Shown one piece after another: positions 23,436 through 36,817 of a DNA stretch of 64,000 nt. Under the pieces are notes generated by a model. It worked only from the letters and a program-made list of their open reading frames with translations, made no database searches and was not told the DNA's origin. The number at the start of each line of letters is the position of its first letter. The stretch's first letter is position 1. Both the position numbers and the translations under genes were made by a program. The DNA is from Balamuthia mandrillaris (Eukaryota), in the NCBI GenBank assembly GCA_031835245.2, contig JAVKOQ020000034.1, positions 1 through 64,000 of the forward strand, written 5' to 3'.

Positions 23436-25596
23436 TTAATAGCTGCGCCCAAAGAGGGTCCACGCCTTGGCGGGTTGGCCGCAACAGAAACAGACAGCAT
23501 CGCTGGCGAGAGCAGGATGGGAGAAGGGCTTGCAAAGGGACTTGGCAGAGGCCTTCAGGCCAAAGTTTTTGACCTCTTCCTCTCCCTCTCCTTCAACATT
23601 TTCTTTGGCTCCCCCTTCAGCCTTCGCCTTGCCTTTACCCTTGCTGTCACACTTGCCCTCACACGGTTGTCCCTTTTCTTGTTCCTTCTCCTTTTCCTTC
23701 TCCTTCTCTTCCTCTGTGGCTACTCCCATCATGCGGGCCAATTGTTTCTGGTACCTCTCGATCTGGTCCTGCAGCTGCTTGATGGCCTTCTGCTTGGCCT
23801 CCTCCTCTTCCTGCTTTTTCTTGGCCTCCATCTCCTCCTTTGTGAGCTCTTTTTTCTCCTGGCCACCGCCGCTCCTCAGCTTGATCATCTCCTCGCACTC
23901 CGTGATGTCGCACCATGGAACGAGAACGAGGTTGCCACCATCGAGGGCGGTCATGAATTCCTCCCAGTTGGTGGCAGTCTTCATGTGGTCGTCCCTCTCC
24001 TTCTTGGCCTTTTGGAAGAGGCTCTCCTGGATGTCCTCCAGCAGAGTGCCCACTGCCTGGGCGAGTCCCTCCTGAGGGATGGTGGTCTTTGAGTCTTTGT
24101 CCCGACGGGCCACCGTCACTTGCTTCGTTTTGATGTCCTTGGGACCCAGTTCAATGCGCAGCGGGACACCTCTCAATTCCCTTGATTAAAAAACAAAAAC
24201 AGACGAAACATCGTTAAAAGAAGTCAGTCATTTGAGCGTAAGAGAGAGGAGGGAGTGCGAAGTTCGTACCAATGGTTGTACTTGTAGCCAGGCTTGTGGT
24301 TGCGGTCATCATAGTGTGCCCTGATTCCAGCAGCAGTGAGCTCCTCTACGATGGCCCTGGCAGCGGCGTGAAGGGCCTCATCCTCGATATCTTTGGAGGG
24401 GATAGTGATCAACACGACTTGCAGGGGAGCAACACGAGGAGGCAACACCAGGCCTTTGTCATCACCGTGAACCATGATCATCACACCCAACTATTGAGGG
24501 ACAAAAACAAGAAAAAAATCAGGAGAACGAGAGGATGAGACAAACTCCAATTTTTGGGAAAAAAAGGGAATAGGAGGACGTACGGTACGCGTTGTGATAC
24601 CCCAAGAGTTTTGCCAGGCCAAGCACTTCTCCTTCTCCTCATTTTCAAATTGAATGTTGAACATCTTAGCAAAGTTTTGGCCGAGGCAGTGAGAGGTGGC
24701 TCCCTGGATGGCCCTTCCATTTTGAGCGATGAAAGCCTCACAAGTGGTGGTGTAGAGGCCTCCTGCAAACTTCTCCATCTCTGACTTTTGACCCATGACC
24801 ACGGGCACGGCGAGCAACTCCTCGTAAACCCTTCTGTAGAGGTTCAGGATGGTGAGCACCTCCTCGTCAGCCTCCTTCTTAGTAGCAAAGGCGCTGTGGC
24901 CCTCCTGCCACAGGAACTCCCTGCTTCTGAGGAAGGGAACGGGGTGCTTAAACTCCCAACGCACAATGTTGGTCCACTGATTGAGCTTCAGGGGCAGGTC
25001 CCTGTGAGAGCGGACCCACTTGGCGTAGGCGGGGTACATGATGGTCTCGCTTGTAGGACGGATGGCCACGGGTTCAGCCAAGAAGGAAGAGCCCGACTGG
25101 GTGACCCAGGCTACCTCCGCGGCAAAGCCCTCAATGTGGTCCTCCTCCTTCTCGAGGGCGCTCTTGGTGACCAACAAGGGGAAGCTGGCGTTCTTGACGC
25201 CCAACTTCTTTATTTCTGCGTCAAAGAAGCGGGTAATGCCCTCCCAGATCTCAAAGGAGTAGGGACGAAGGATGTAGCAGCCAGAAATGTCGTAGTACTC
25301 GATCAGCTCGGCTCGGCCGATCACGTCCGAGTACCATTTGGAGAAGTTGCCAGACTTGGTGGCCTGAAGGCCCAAAGAGGACTTGTCTCCAGCAGCCTTG
25401 GCGTTCTTCTGCTTCTTCTGTGGAGCGGCAGCGCCGGCAGCAGGAGCCTTCTTCTGCGCGGGTTTCTTCTTCTTCTCGATTTTCTTTTCCTTCCAGTCCG
25501 GATTCAGCGCCAAGATTTCTTTACACTGAAAGAAAATAATAAAAAAGTTATGTTTTGGAAAAAAAAAAGAACCAAAGGAGAGCTGCACTCTTTGCA

Positions 25597-25645
<49 letters not shown>

Positions 25646-25820
25646 CAGAGACAAGTACCTTGTCCAAGGCGGCCGTCTTCACTTCCTGTAACTTGCCACG
25701 CAGCGCCTCCTCCTCCGCAGACTTGTTCTTCCTGGCCTCCAAAAACTGTTCGGTGAGGTTCTCCTGCTCCTCCCGCAGTGCCAACAGCTCTGCTTCCAAC
25801 TTGGCAATGCTATCTGCCAT
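23436..25820 (-). CDS. proS: Prolyl-tRNA synthetase, eukaryote/archaeal type (multi-exon)
   Basis: [40 protein letters not shown]-terminal LFGRSY. Confidence 0.97.
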
Positions 25821-26174
25821 TTTTTGGGTTCGTTATTCTGTGTGCGTGTGTGTGCAGTGACTTTTTTTTTTTTTTAGGGGAGCTGAAACACCACAAAGAC
25901 TTATTTCTTCTTTGTCACTTTTTTATTTGTTGGGAGAAAAACGGAAAAAGAAGACAACACAAGGATATTTTAAGGTGGTAGATTATTGAGGTGGCGTACT
26001 GAGAAATTTTTCAGAACGATTTGTTCTGCTCTTTGGGGCCTGGGGAGCTGCTTTTGTGGAGGGTTTGAGCAGCACCCACCCTGTCTCATGTCGACACGCG
26101 GCCAGCATGACATCGAAATAAAAATAAAAATAAAAGAAAAAAAATTAGACTCCAAAAAAAAACTGAGTGAAAAA

Positions 26175-27488
26175 ATGAGGCGCACAGGGTTAGAAGGAGC
26201 ACGGAGGGCAAGCCGATCCCATCTTTGCGGAGCGAAAGCGCACTTTCTCTTTGCTGGCTCTTCCTCCTGTCGGGGTTCGCTGAGCCGTCGATCCCTTGGT
26301 CCCTCCGCCCTTCCCTCCTCCTATTGGATCTGCGGTCACAACAGCAGCAACAACACACTTTGGCTCGGCGGCGGCAGCGAGCGAGGCTATGCCACCAGCC
26401 CCTCTCCTACCAGGAAACCACCGCGCTACGACGACGATGAGGACGAAGATGTGGTGGTGAACGAGGCGGAAGATTTGAAGGCAGTATTGGAGCAGCTACC
26501 CCCTGAATTTGTCGCCATGTTGAAGAAAGAGAGCGAGGTTCCGCGAGTGCCGAAGCACGTCGACAAGGCCTACCGAAAGAGGCTGCAGGAGATGGAGGAG
26601 GAGAGCAAGCAGGGCATCAAGTGGCGCCTGGTGGGGGCTGCGGTGGTCCAAAGGCCTCCGGTCTGCATGCCCCAGCCGCCCCACTGGGAGCAGGAGTACT
26701 GGGACTGGCTCACGGAGAAGAGCATCAAACAGGCCCACACCCTGGAGGAGCGGCTGGAGCTCATGGAGCAGGACCAGGCCAAGAAGGCTGGCGCCAAGAA
26801 AAAGGACAAGAAGAAAAAGCAGAGCGGGGACGAGCAGGAGGAGGAGGGCATGCTCGACCTGCCCAACATCTACCGGGGCCTGTTAAAGCAGAAGGAGCTG
26901 AGGGAGATGGGGCGCACTTGGTCTCGCGAGACCGAGGACGACCGCCGCAACAACCGCAAGTCGCTCAACCGGAAGCTCGACAGAACCCTCTACCTGCTCG
27001 TCAAGAAGGCCAGAGAGGAGCACGCTTGGCAGTTTCCTCAGGGCGGCATAGAGGAAGGAGAGACCATGCAAAAAGTTGGTAGTTCTTTGTGTTTCTTTGT
27101 TTAAAAGCATGTGGATCACTAACTCGGGTTTGGCTTAGTGTGCTGAACGAGAACTGAGAGAGGAATGTGGAGCCGAGTTGGAGATCTTCACTCATGATTC
27201 TATTCCCAGCCATTGCTACAGCTATCCATTGCCTGAAAAAGAGCAGAAGAAGTTCGGTGCAACGGGATCAAAGGTACACAGTTAACCTCAACCCGCTGAA
27301 TTTCGTTTGCCCTCACCTATCTCCGCATTCATCATCAGGTCTTTTTCTATGAGATGCTACACATTGAAGGGGCGCCAAAGTTGAACCAAGCTGAGCTGGA
27401 GGATTATGTTTGGGTAACCAAGGAAGAAATGGCAGATTACCTGTCCCCTTCCTTGTACGAATCCATCAAGGACGTGTTGAGAGAATAA
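26175..27488 (+). CDS. MRPL46: Mitochondrial ribosomal protein mL46 (Nudix-like; 3 exons)
   Basis: R.TE.D..NNRKSL.RKLDR.LYLLVK, WQFPQG, DY.WVTKEE; Arg/Ser-rich presequence. Confidence 0.85.
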
Positions 27489-27941
27489 CAAACAGAATTC
27501 CAGTATCTCCCTCCCTTCCCTCCCTTCCTCTCTTTTGTTGCTATTTGTTTTTTTTTTTTCGTTTTGTTCAGCTGTGGCAAAGTTCCTACGATCACACGAG
27601 AACGTTTTTTGTGTTTTTCTCTCGCATCTCTCAAACTCAGCCTGTTTGTGTTTTCCTTCTGTCAGGATGTAGGAAGGGCGAGGCAAACACCCACCCAACC
27701 GACACGCGTGCGCGCGTTGGTTTGGGGGAGCAAGGAACCTCTCCTGCTTGGAACTTTGTGTCCATCCTGAGTTGTGAATGATTGGCGGAGAAAATTCATT
27801 TGAGGAGCCATTTATAGAGCCCGGGAACCGGCTTTGCAATTGTGGGATCCGCAGGAATATTCGTGTCGTCATGAAATAATTCACCACCATCTTTTTTTTT
27901 TGGGTTTATTTTGGGTGTCCCTTTGGGCAAAAACAAAAACA

Positions 27942-29003
27942 ATGTCAAAGACCCATGGGTGGGAGAACGCCAGTTTGTCCTACGCCAACTCGGGCACCAG
28001 GGCGGTTTGCGTATCGCTCGTTATCATACTGCTGTGCTGTATGCTGCTGTTGAAGACGATGAACGACTACGACCACAGCGAAACCAGGACGGAGATCACA
28101 GGGGAGCGAGCACTCCCTCACTCACAACCGCTTTTTTCTGTGCAACATGGGACAAAACCCGTGGGTTTGAACGTTTGGGCGATAGTTGCCGAACGAAAGG
28201 ATACCCTCTCCTTGCAGCTGGACCTTCTGCTGCCTCTCTTGACCAACGGGCTTCTAGACCAGCTGCATCTTTGGAACTACATCCACTGCCACTCGAAAGA
28301 TGAAATATCCAACAAGAAAAGCCTTTCCTTTCTTCAAGAAGCTCGCAAACGCAACTCTCGCGTACACTTGAAGGAACCATTGGGATGTTCTTGGGCTCAT
28401 TTCTACGAGCATTATGCCCTTGAAGCTCGACCCGAAGACGTTATCATTAAGGCTGACAACGGTATCCTCTGGTTCAACTCTAGCCACGTTCTTTCTTTCA
28501 TCAATCGGAGACGTGACCATCCAGAAGCACTGCTCATCTCAGCCAACGTGGTCAACAACGACCTCTGTGCTTTCTACCAGCAACAGAACGGAGCCATACC
28601 ATTCGCTGTGGGCGTCTTCGAACACCCTTCAACCAACGGCAACGAACAGAAAGCCACGCTGTCGGTAGAACCTGAGAGGGCTTTGGCACTCCACAAACGT
28701 TTTCTTGCAAACAAGCAAGCCTTTGCTCAACCTGAGGTCGGGCTGGTGCGTTTTCGGAGCCGGCTCAACGTCCACCTTGTGGCTTTCTTGGGCAAAGACA
28801 TGAAGAAGATCGCTGAGTTTGTACAGGAGAACCACGAGGAAGACGAGGACGAGGACGCCATCCTCACCCGCCATGCCAACGAGCTGCTGGAGGAGCGCGC
28901 GATCGAGTACATCGACATGGCATTCACCGCCGCTCACGCCACGTATCGCGCCCAGGAGAGCCATCGGAGTAGCATCGTTCAGCTCTACCAGCAACACCGG
29001 TGA
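27942..29003 (+). CDS. Intronless type II membrane protein, putative glycosyltransferase-like
   Basis: Transmembrane segment near the N-terminus; LDQLHLW, VIIKADNGILW, ISANVVNN motifs. Confidence 0.6.
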   Translation: MSKTHGWENASLSYANSGTRAVCVSLVIILLCCMLLLKTMNDYDHSETRTEITGERALPHSQPLFSVQHGTKPVGLNVWAIVAERKDTLSLQLDLLLPLLTNGLLDQLHLWNYIHCHSKDEISNKKSLSFLQEARKRNSRVHLKEPLGCSWAHFYEHYALEARPEDVIIKADNGILWFNSSHVLSFINRRRDHPEALLISANVVNNDLCAFYQQQNGAIPFAVGVFEHPSTNGNEQKATLSVEPERALALHKRFLANKQAFAQPEVGLVRFRSRLNVHLVAFLGKDMKKIAEFVQENHEEDEDEDAILTRHANELLEERAIEYIDMAFTAAHATYRAQESHRSSIVQLYQQHR

Positions 29004-29933
29004 GCAAACACCTCTTCCAAGAAGAAGAAGACTTTCATGATGGGTATGAGTGTGTATAATGTGCAAATGAAAAAAAAATCAACAAAAGCAAAGATGGTTG
29101 CTGCCCAAAAATGGTGGAAATCGATCGTGCCCAAAATATGTCCAAGCTACACCTGACCGCCACGCGATCTCCCCATCACAACGAAAATCAAAAAAAAAAA
29201 AATAGGTGAGCGGACACCTCCGTGCATGCGTGTGTGTGTGTCCTCCGCTGTGGCCCTCAACAAGAACCAAAAAGAGTTACTCTCGTTGCGCAAGCACAAA
29301 GGATCAAGAAACGACCCGCTTGGGGTTTTTTTGGCCTATCAGCATACGGGTACGGGCACGCACGTTTTGCATTTTTTTTTTCAAGTTTTCTTAACGTGTT
29401 CTTCTTTTTGCCGCCAGCGCTTTTATTTAATAAAAAAAAAAAAACAAGGGAGTCCTAGGAGGGAAGGGAAGGGAACCTCTCCAACGACTCTTCGACGCGA
29501 CTTTGGAAAAGTCTCTGGTGGTGGCCCCCCCAAAGGAGAAAAAAAAAAGTCAGAAACGGTCAGGTTGCAAACTTATTCTAAGAAGAAGAGGCAAGAGAGA
29601 GAGAGAGCGAGAAAGAAAAGGAGCTCGGGTCTTCCCCCTTGTTTTGAATTGATGGGTAAGTGCTTTTTCTCTTTCTTCTATTGTTTTTTGTTCGTCTTGT
29701 CATTCTCTTCTTTTTTTGTTCGTTGTGTTTTGTGGGGATGGTTTAAACCGGTCGAACAAGATTATTCATTTCTTCTTATTGATGTTGGAATTCATTTTTC
29801 AATCCGAACGAAAAAAACATAATTCGCAGGACCAAATAATAATCACATAGTGATCGATTAAGCAGAAAAGACGACGCAGCGTTTGGTCTTGTCCCGACAC
29901 ACATAACAGTTCGCTACTGCCGGGAAGTACTTC

Positions 29934-30158
29934 ATGCCCTTAAAGCTTGCCATCACCGGCTGTGAAATCCGGCTCGATGCCTCCTTTACTCCTTTTGCGG
30001 TACTCTTTCTCTCCTCTCTTTCTCTCTCTCTCTCTCTCTCTGTTCTTACGACGTGTACATCTCTTGTAGGCCTACATCATAGAAATCAACGAGAACAAGT
30101 ATCGCTACCTCATCTACCGCAGATACAACCAATTCCATGAGCTCAACGTTAAGGTACG

Positions 30159-30189
<31 letters not shown>

Positions 30190-33100
30190 TCTCCTCTTCT
30201 CTTAAAGATGTAAGTAGAGTGGAGGGAAAAAATGATCCGGTTGGGAGTATCCGCTGCAGTTGCTTCGTCCTCATCAACTTTCTGTTTTCAAATGCTTCTC
30301 TTCCATGCTTCATAAATAGCTGCGAGAAAATTTTTCCAAGGAGAAGATCCCGCTGCTCCCTGGCAAACATTTCAATCTGTTTCGTTCTTCGACCAACGCG
30401 AAGCTAGTGGCAGAGAGAAAAGATGGGTTGGAGAAATACCTGACGGACCTCCTTCAGATCCCTGCCGTGCGCGAAAGCAAAATATTCAAGCGGTGGCTTG
30501 ACCCGAACATCAACGTATGCTTTCTCTCCTTTCTTCCTTCTTTTGAGCCTTTAGCGTTTTTGTTTTTTTAATGCCTTTCTTTCCTTCTTTTCTTTTTCCC
30601 ACTTTTTCCGTTGCTCATTTTCACTTATTTCATGTTGTTATGTTCACTTTGGTTGGTGACATGTTGCTATTTTTTCTGTGGAGAGCAGCCTGGACAGTTT
30701 TGCTTATCCAATCCAGATAAGTGTGGATGGTTGGAGAAAGAGGGCCACGTAGTGAAGAATTGGAAGAGGCGTTGGTTCGTTTTGGTGGATAATCTTCTGT
30801 ACTATATGAAGAGCAGCGATGTACGATTCTCTTTCATCTCTACTTCTTCTTGCTTTTTCCCCCCTTTCTTATCTTTACTCTCTCTCTCTCTCTCTCTCTC
30901 AAACAATTACTTCTTCTATATAATATGATATCATGTGCAGTCGACAGAACCAACAGGGATAATCCCCCTCAAAGGAAGTGTGGTGCGGAGGGCAACAGAG
31001 CGAGAGCTTCCCTACTACATTGAAATCCGTACGGAAGCCTACAAGTCCCTCAACAACTTTTACCTACGGGCAGAGAATAAGGAGCAATACGAGGAGTGGC
31101 TGGTGTTGCTACAACAAGCTACCAGACGAGGCACCCGCCGCACGGGACATCACAGTCTTTCTTCTCCTCATGTCTCAGCCTCGAGCTTCACCAAACTGCC
31201 GAAGAAGCACAAGAAAAGCGTCGACAAACCCTTTGGGTTGGAGTCGGAGGAAGCAGAGTACACCAATAACAACACTACCCCTAGTGGATCTTACCAGCCC
31301 TCCTCTTCTTCGGTTTCTTGCGAGTTGGACAGTTCCGATTTGGAGGAGGCAGCCGCTTCTTATCCCACTCGTTTCAGCTTCGTGGAGCTTCCACCTAGAG
31401 TTGGCTCCGCCGAAGAGGCACGCAGCGGTTTGTCATCGTTGCAGCCTGTCCCTGGCAAGCAACGTTCCAACACCGTCATCGAGGAAAGCTATCCGGATCT
31501 CGGTTGGGAGACAGGTATTCACCTCAGTGACCCATCAAAGAAGAGTGATGAGTTTGATGATGACGGGGAAAGCGAAAGATCGAAGAACAAGAAGAAGAAA
31601 TACAAGAAGAACAAGAAGAACAAGCACAAGAGCAAGTCTTTTATGTACGATGAGTCTAGAGCGTTCTCCTCCTTTTCTTCGATTGCTGGCAGGAGCGCCA
31701 CACTTACTCCGATTAATATCGATGCCAAGCTGGTCGCCAGTAAAAGCGACTGTGACCGCGAGTTGCAACGCTTCTTGGAGGCCATTCAAGCACGTTATCT
31801 TTCCTCTTCCAAATTATCCCCTTCCTCATCAGATTCTTCTTCTGGTCAACAAAAGCATCATCACCATCATAAACGACGGACGAAAAAGAATTCGCCCAAA
31901 TCCCACGATAATGATGGCAGCAGTAGTAGCAGCAACAACAGCAGCGAGAACAGCCCGACTCCAGGCTCGTCTCCTAGACATGGGGCGAACAAGAGTCGAT
32001 CTCCACGAACGAAGGATAGGAAGAGGATGAAAGAAAGAACGGCGGAAGAGAATAATGAGCAGCAGCAACCGCAGGAGAAAGAAGATACGGAACGACAAAG
32101 GAAAGGATCGGGAGGCAAGCACAAACACAAGAAACGAGACAGCAGCAATGATGGCAACAACAAATCAAAAACTAAGAAACAACCAAAGGAAAAGAAAAAG
32201 AACATTGATGAAGGCGCCACTTCGGAGAGCAAGCACAAAAAAGATAAGCACAAGGAGCGAATGAAACTTATTCGAAGCGCTGGTGTTGGTTTTGTATATA
32301 GTAGTAGCAGCAGCAGCAAAAAGATAGGCGGCCGAGACCCTATCTTTGGCAAGCAGAGCAGATTTTTGGAGAAGGCCTCCATCCCCATCGACTTTTTGGA
32401 GCGTCTCATTAAGTTGACGCTCACTATCATCAAGACCAGCGTTGACACCCTCAAGCAGGACAACTTCTGCAAAGAGCTGGTGAAGGAGATCAAGGCACTC
32501 ATTAGCTCCAGCGAGGGAGGAAGGGGAGGCAGCCTTCTTGCCACGCGACTACTATACCTATTCTCTCCCTGTGCTCGTTGGGTGGAATTCTACCGCTATC
32601 AAATGAAGCTGGAAGAGAACGAGAAACAGGCAGCAGCTCAAGCTAACAACAACACATCAGCATCACAAGCGGCTATAGAGGAGGAGGCTAAGGGCATTCG
32701 CACAGAACATGCCAATACGAAAGATATCAAAGCAACCACCACGGGCAGAGGAAAGCAACAAGCAAGCGACACAGCTTCTTCTTCTTCTTCATTGTCCTCT
32801 TCTACTTCTGGCAGTAACGACAAGAGTCTTCATTCCCCTAAAGGCGCCAAAAAGCACTCCGTTGCTTCTCAAGCCCAACAATCCACAACCACAACAAACA
32901 CTCCTCACGTCCATAATGCCTTTGCAGAGGCGGCCATCATGGTTTGCTTCACGCGCATGGCAGGCAGCGTGGGTACCGCCCTCACCCTTAGAGTGGATGC
33001 TCCCTTTGGCAAACCTCGAGGAAAGAGCATAGGTGACCAGGAAGAAGAGAACGCCAGTGAGAATAATAGTGCAAGCAGCGGCGTTCAGCGATCGTACCTA

Positions 33101-35137
33101 CCATGGGTTCATCGATCTTTGCCTGCTGACCAATCTCCAGTTTTCTCTTCGTCACCGGTGCCTGCTTCTCCTATTTCCAGTCATCGCGACCTTGCTTCTT
33201 CTGCTGTAATGCCTTCTCCTTTTTCTCTTTCTGGCAACAACAAATCGGGACTAAAGAAAGGCTCGACACCTTCTCTCCGAGAAGATAGTTTTGTGCTGTT
33301 AGACTGTTCCCCTACTGACCCAACGGCCCCAATAGCATCTTCGTTATCATCATTAGTCAAGAAAGAACAAGAAGCAGAAGACGCTCCTGTAATTAATACC
33401 TCATCCGCTCAACAGCCTTCTCCTTATTCTTCTTCTACTACAAATGATCCTTCTTTCACCTCTTCTTGTTCTTCTTCTTCTTCTTCTTCTTCTTCTTCTT
33501 CTATTGATGCTGCTAGAACAGAACAACAGACGGCCGAGCCAGTACCTCCTTCTCTAAAGAACAAGCCCGAACAACAAGAACAACAACCACAAAGGGAACC
33601 TCCTGCCAGCCCAACACCCTCAACAAAAACCCAACACACATCAACAGGTAACAAGACACCAAGAGCACCGTCCACTCCCACCAAATCTGGCGGCCAGAAA
33701 AGGAAGGGAAGCAGCAGAAAAGCAAGATCCAAGGCAGTTCAAGCAGAACTCTTTGCTCAAGAACCGGATTCTTCCAAGATTGTGTGCAGGTTGTGTGAAG
33801 AGGAAATCTACACCTCCCAACTCAGTGAGCATTCCAAGTACTGTCAGATCATCTTCAGCAGATGCGAGAGCAACCACTCTCTCTCCCTCGAACAAAAAAT
33901 GGAAGCGCTTCTCTCCCTCATTCCCGTCGTCCTTTATTCTTCTCCCACTTCTGCTGCGGCTGTTGCTTCTTCTGCTTCTTCATCATCTTCTTCTTCCTCT
34001 TCTTCCAAAGATGGTGACAACGAACAACAGCAACAGCAGCAGCAGCACAGCGACGCTGCACTTCAAAGCATCGGCAACATCGCGCGTATCGCTCTAACAG
34101 CCTCTGCAGATGGCACGTTAGAGCAGCACGCACGAAAGCTGTTAAAGGACCTGCAGGCAATTGTATACAGCGATGCCAACAAGGACGACGTTAAGCTGTT
34201 GACCTTTGGAAGGAGGATCCAACAAACCATTGAGGAACTTATCTCTCAGGTCCTGGCGGAGAGAAAGGTGCAGCCCGCCCGAGAGAAACGTCGCTCCAGA
34301 CGGATTGCCTCCGATACCTCCCTCTTCCCAAAGCCTGGCAGCAGTCCTGCTGCCACTACCGCTGAAAGTGAGCTTCCCCATCACCTCGAGGAGAAACAAA
34401 ACAATAATGATGCCAAAACGGATTTCAATACAAACCCCAAAGCCACAACCAACACATCAATTGCTTCTTCCGCTTTCAACAACACCAACTCACCTAATAT
34501 TGCACCTTCAGCAAAAGACTCACAAGAAGCCAGCGCGACCTCTTCTCCGATGGTCCCTCGAACTCGCCAGGAAAGATCTCGCAGCCAGTCCTTGCTTCGC
34601 ATGTTCTCCCTATTCAGAGACCACGACACCACCTCCCAACCAGATGACATCATCGCAGCGCCTCCTCCCTCCTCCATCAGCGGCCGCCACCAACACTACG
34701 GCACTCGAGTGACCGTCCACGACTTTGAGAAGATCAAGCTTATTAGTCGCGGCGCCTTTGGCAAGGTCTACCTGGCACGCAAGAAGAAGACAGGCGACCT
34801 TTACGCCATTAAGATGTTGAAGAAGGATGACATGGTGCGGAAGAACATGGTGGAGCATGTCATGGCGGAGCGAGACATCATGGCCAGCACACGAAATCCT
34901 TTCGTGGTGAAGCTCTACTATGCCTTCCAGTCTGAGCGTTATCTCTATCTGGTGATGGAGTACCTGATTGGAGGAGACTTGGCGTCCTTGCTGCAGAATC
35001 TTGGTTACTTTGATGAGGACATGGCGAGACAGTATACTGCAGAGACGGTGCTTGCTTTGGAGTATTTGCATTCGTGTGGTATTGTCCATCGTGACCTCAA
35101 GCCAGATAACATGCTCATCAGGTATTTGTTTCATTTG

Positions 35138-35171
<34 letters not shown>

Positions 35172-36763
35172 CTTGTTCTTTGTATTTGTTTTTGATCTTA
35201 TTCCGTAATTTTAATATTTTTATTGTCTACAGCAACAAGGGCCATATCAAACTGACAGACTTTGGTTTGAGCATGATTGGCTTCATCTGCGAGATGCGTG
35301 ATTCAGAATCTGATGCAGAACCTGCGGACGAGGAGGAAGACGAAGATGACGATGAGGATGACGATGAAGACGAAGACGGACGTACTTTAACAAAGAAGAA
35401 ATCCAAGAAAACAGCTGCCGCCACGACTACCAGCACCGAAAGCCCTACCAATGTTTCTTCTCAAAAAGATAACAGCACCAACAAGCATAACAAGAACAAC
35501 GAGGATTTCCTGTCTGCATTAGAGAACAGTAGCAGCAGCAATGCCGTAATGACAAGACATCGCGGCTCCTCAGCCAAACGCCGAGTTGTCGGCACTCCTG
35601 ACTATCTCTCCCCTGAAGCCCTCCTCGGCACCGGCCACAGCGCCTCCGTGGACTGGTGGGCCCTCGGAGTCATCCTCTTTGAGTTCCTCTCTGGTTGTCC
35701 TCCTTTCAACGACGAGACCCCGGAGGAGATCTTCCAGAACATCCTCAACCGCAACATCCCCTGGGCGGAGCTCCCACCAGAGACCTCCCCAGAGGCTCGC
35801 GACCTCATTGACCGGCTGCTCTGTTCGAACCCGAAGCAACGATTGGGGTCTGCTAGTACTGGAGGGGTGGACGCCATCAAAGCGCACCCCTTCTTCAAGA
35901 ACATCAATTGGGAGACGTTGTTGGAGAAGCCTGGCATCTTTGTGCCTAATCCGACAGATATCTACGATACAGGGTACTTTTGGGACCGAACTGATATCTA
36001 TGGACGAAGTTCTGGTGGTGGGTCTATCAGTTCCATCAGCTCATCCATGACGAGCAGTCAGGAGGATGATCACTCTGGTGGCAGTTCTTACCAACATCCT
36101 CACCCCCATTCGCATCATCGCTCGCAACAAATGTTGAGGAATAGTGGAGGAGGAGGGAGAACAATTGGCTCTTCTTTTTCTTCCATGTCAGGAAGTTCCA
36201 CTTCTGCTGGTGGGGTAGGAGCAACAGCAACCTCACCAGGAAGAGGAGGAAGAGCTGGCGGAGCTCATCCTCCGATTGGAAGCTTGCCGGCTTCCTTTCG
36301 TCGGTTCTCTTTCACCAACATTCCTTACCTCATGGAAAAGAACTTGGAGGAAGCCAAACTGACTTCTCCTCGCGTTGGTCCACGTAGAGGAGGAGAAGAA
36401 TACGAAGATGATGACGAGGATTACACAGAAGATATCTACGACGAAGAAGATGACGAAGAGGCGGAGATTTTTGGAATGGATGCTTCCCCTGTAAAGTCTC
36501 ACCGTGAAGGAGAGGCAGAAGAAGAACGCGAGCACTCGACAACGCCAATAACAAATCGCCCGGCAAAGAAACAGAACGAACGAGAACACGATGAGGAACA
36601 ACAACGGCGGCTGCAGAAACAACAACAAGAAGAGAGCAAACTCGCAAAGAAGGTGAAAGAAGAACTGGAAGGATCCACTGTCATAACAGATAGAGGCAGC
36701 TGGTACTTGAAACGACAAAACAACAATAGCACCGACAACTCAGAACAACAACAGTCATCTTAA
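29934..36763 (+). CDS. AGC Ser/Thr kinase of the IRE/Rim15/Greatwall-MAST group with N-terminal PX and PH domains (multi-exon)
   Basis: [11 protein letters not shown]...LPGK...[30 protein letters not shown]. Zn finger: CRLCEE...EHSKYC. Kinase: [23 protein letters not shown], a long insert, then GTPDYLSPE. In-frame 111-nt intron 35122-35232. Confidence 0.9.
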
Positions 36764-36817
36764 CTCGTTGGAGAGAACAAAAAAAATGTGCCTTATTTAT
36801 TCTTTCACACTTTTGCA

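Noticed and set aside
24788..25756. Long antisense ORFs opposite ProRS, NOG1, LRR and the kinase
   Set aside because: Shadow frames of GC-rich coding sequence.
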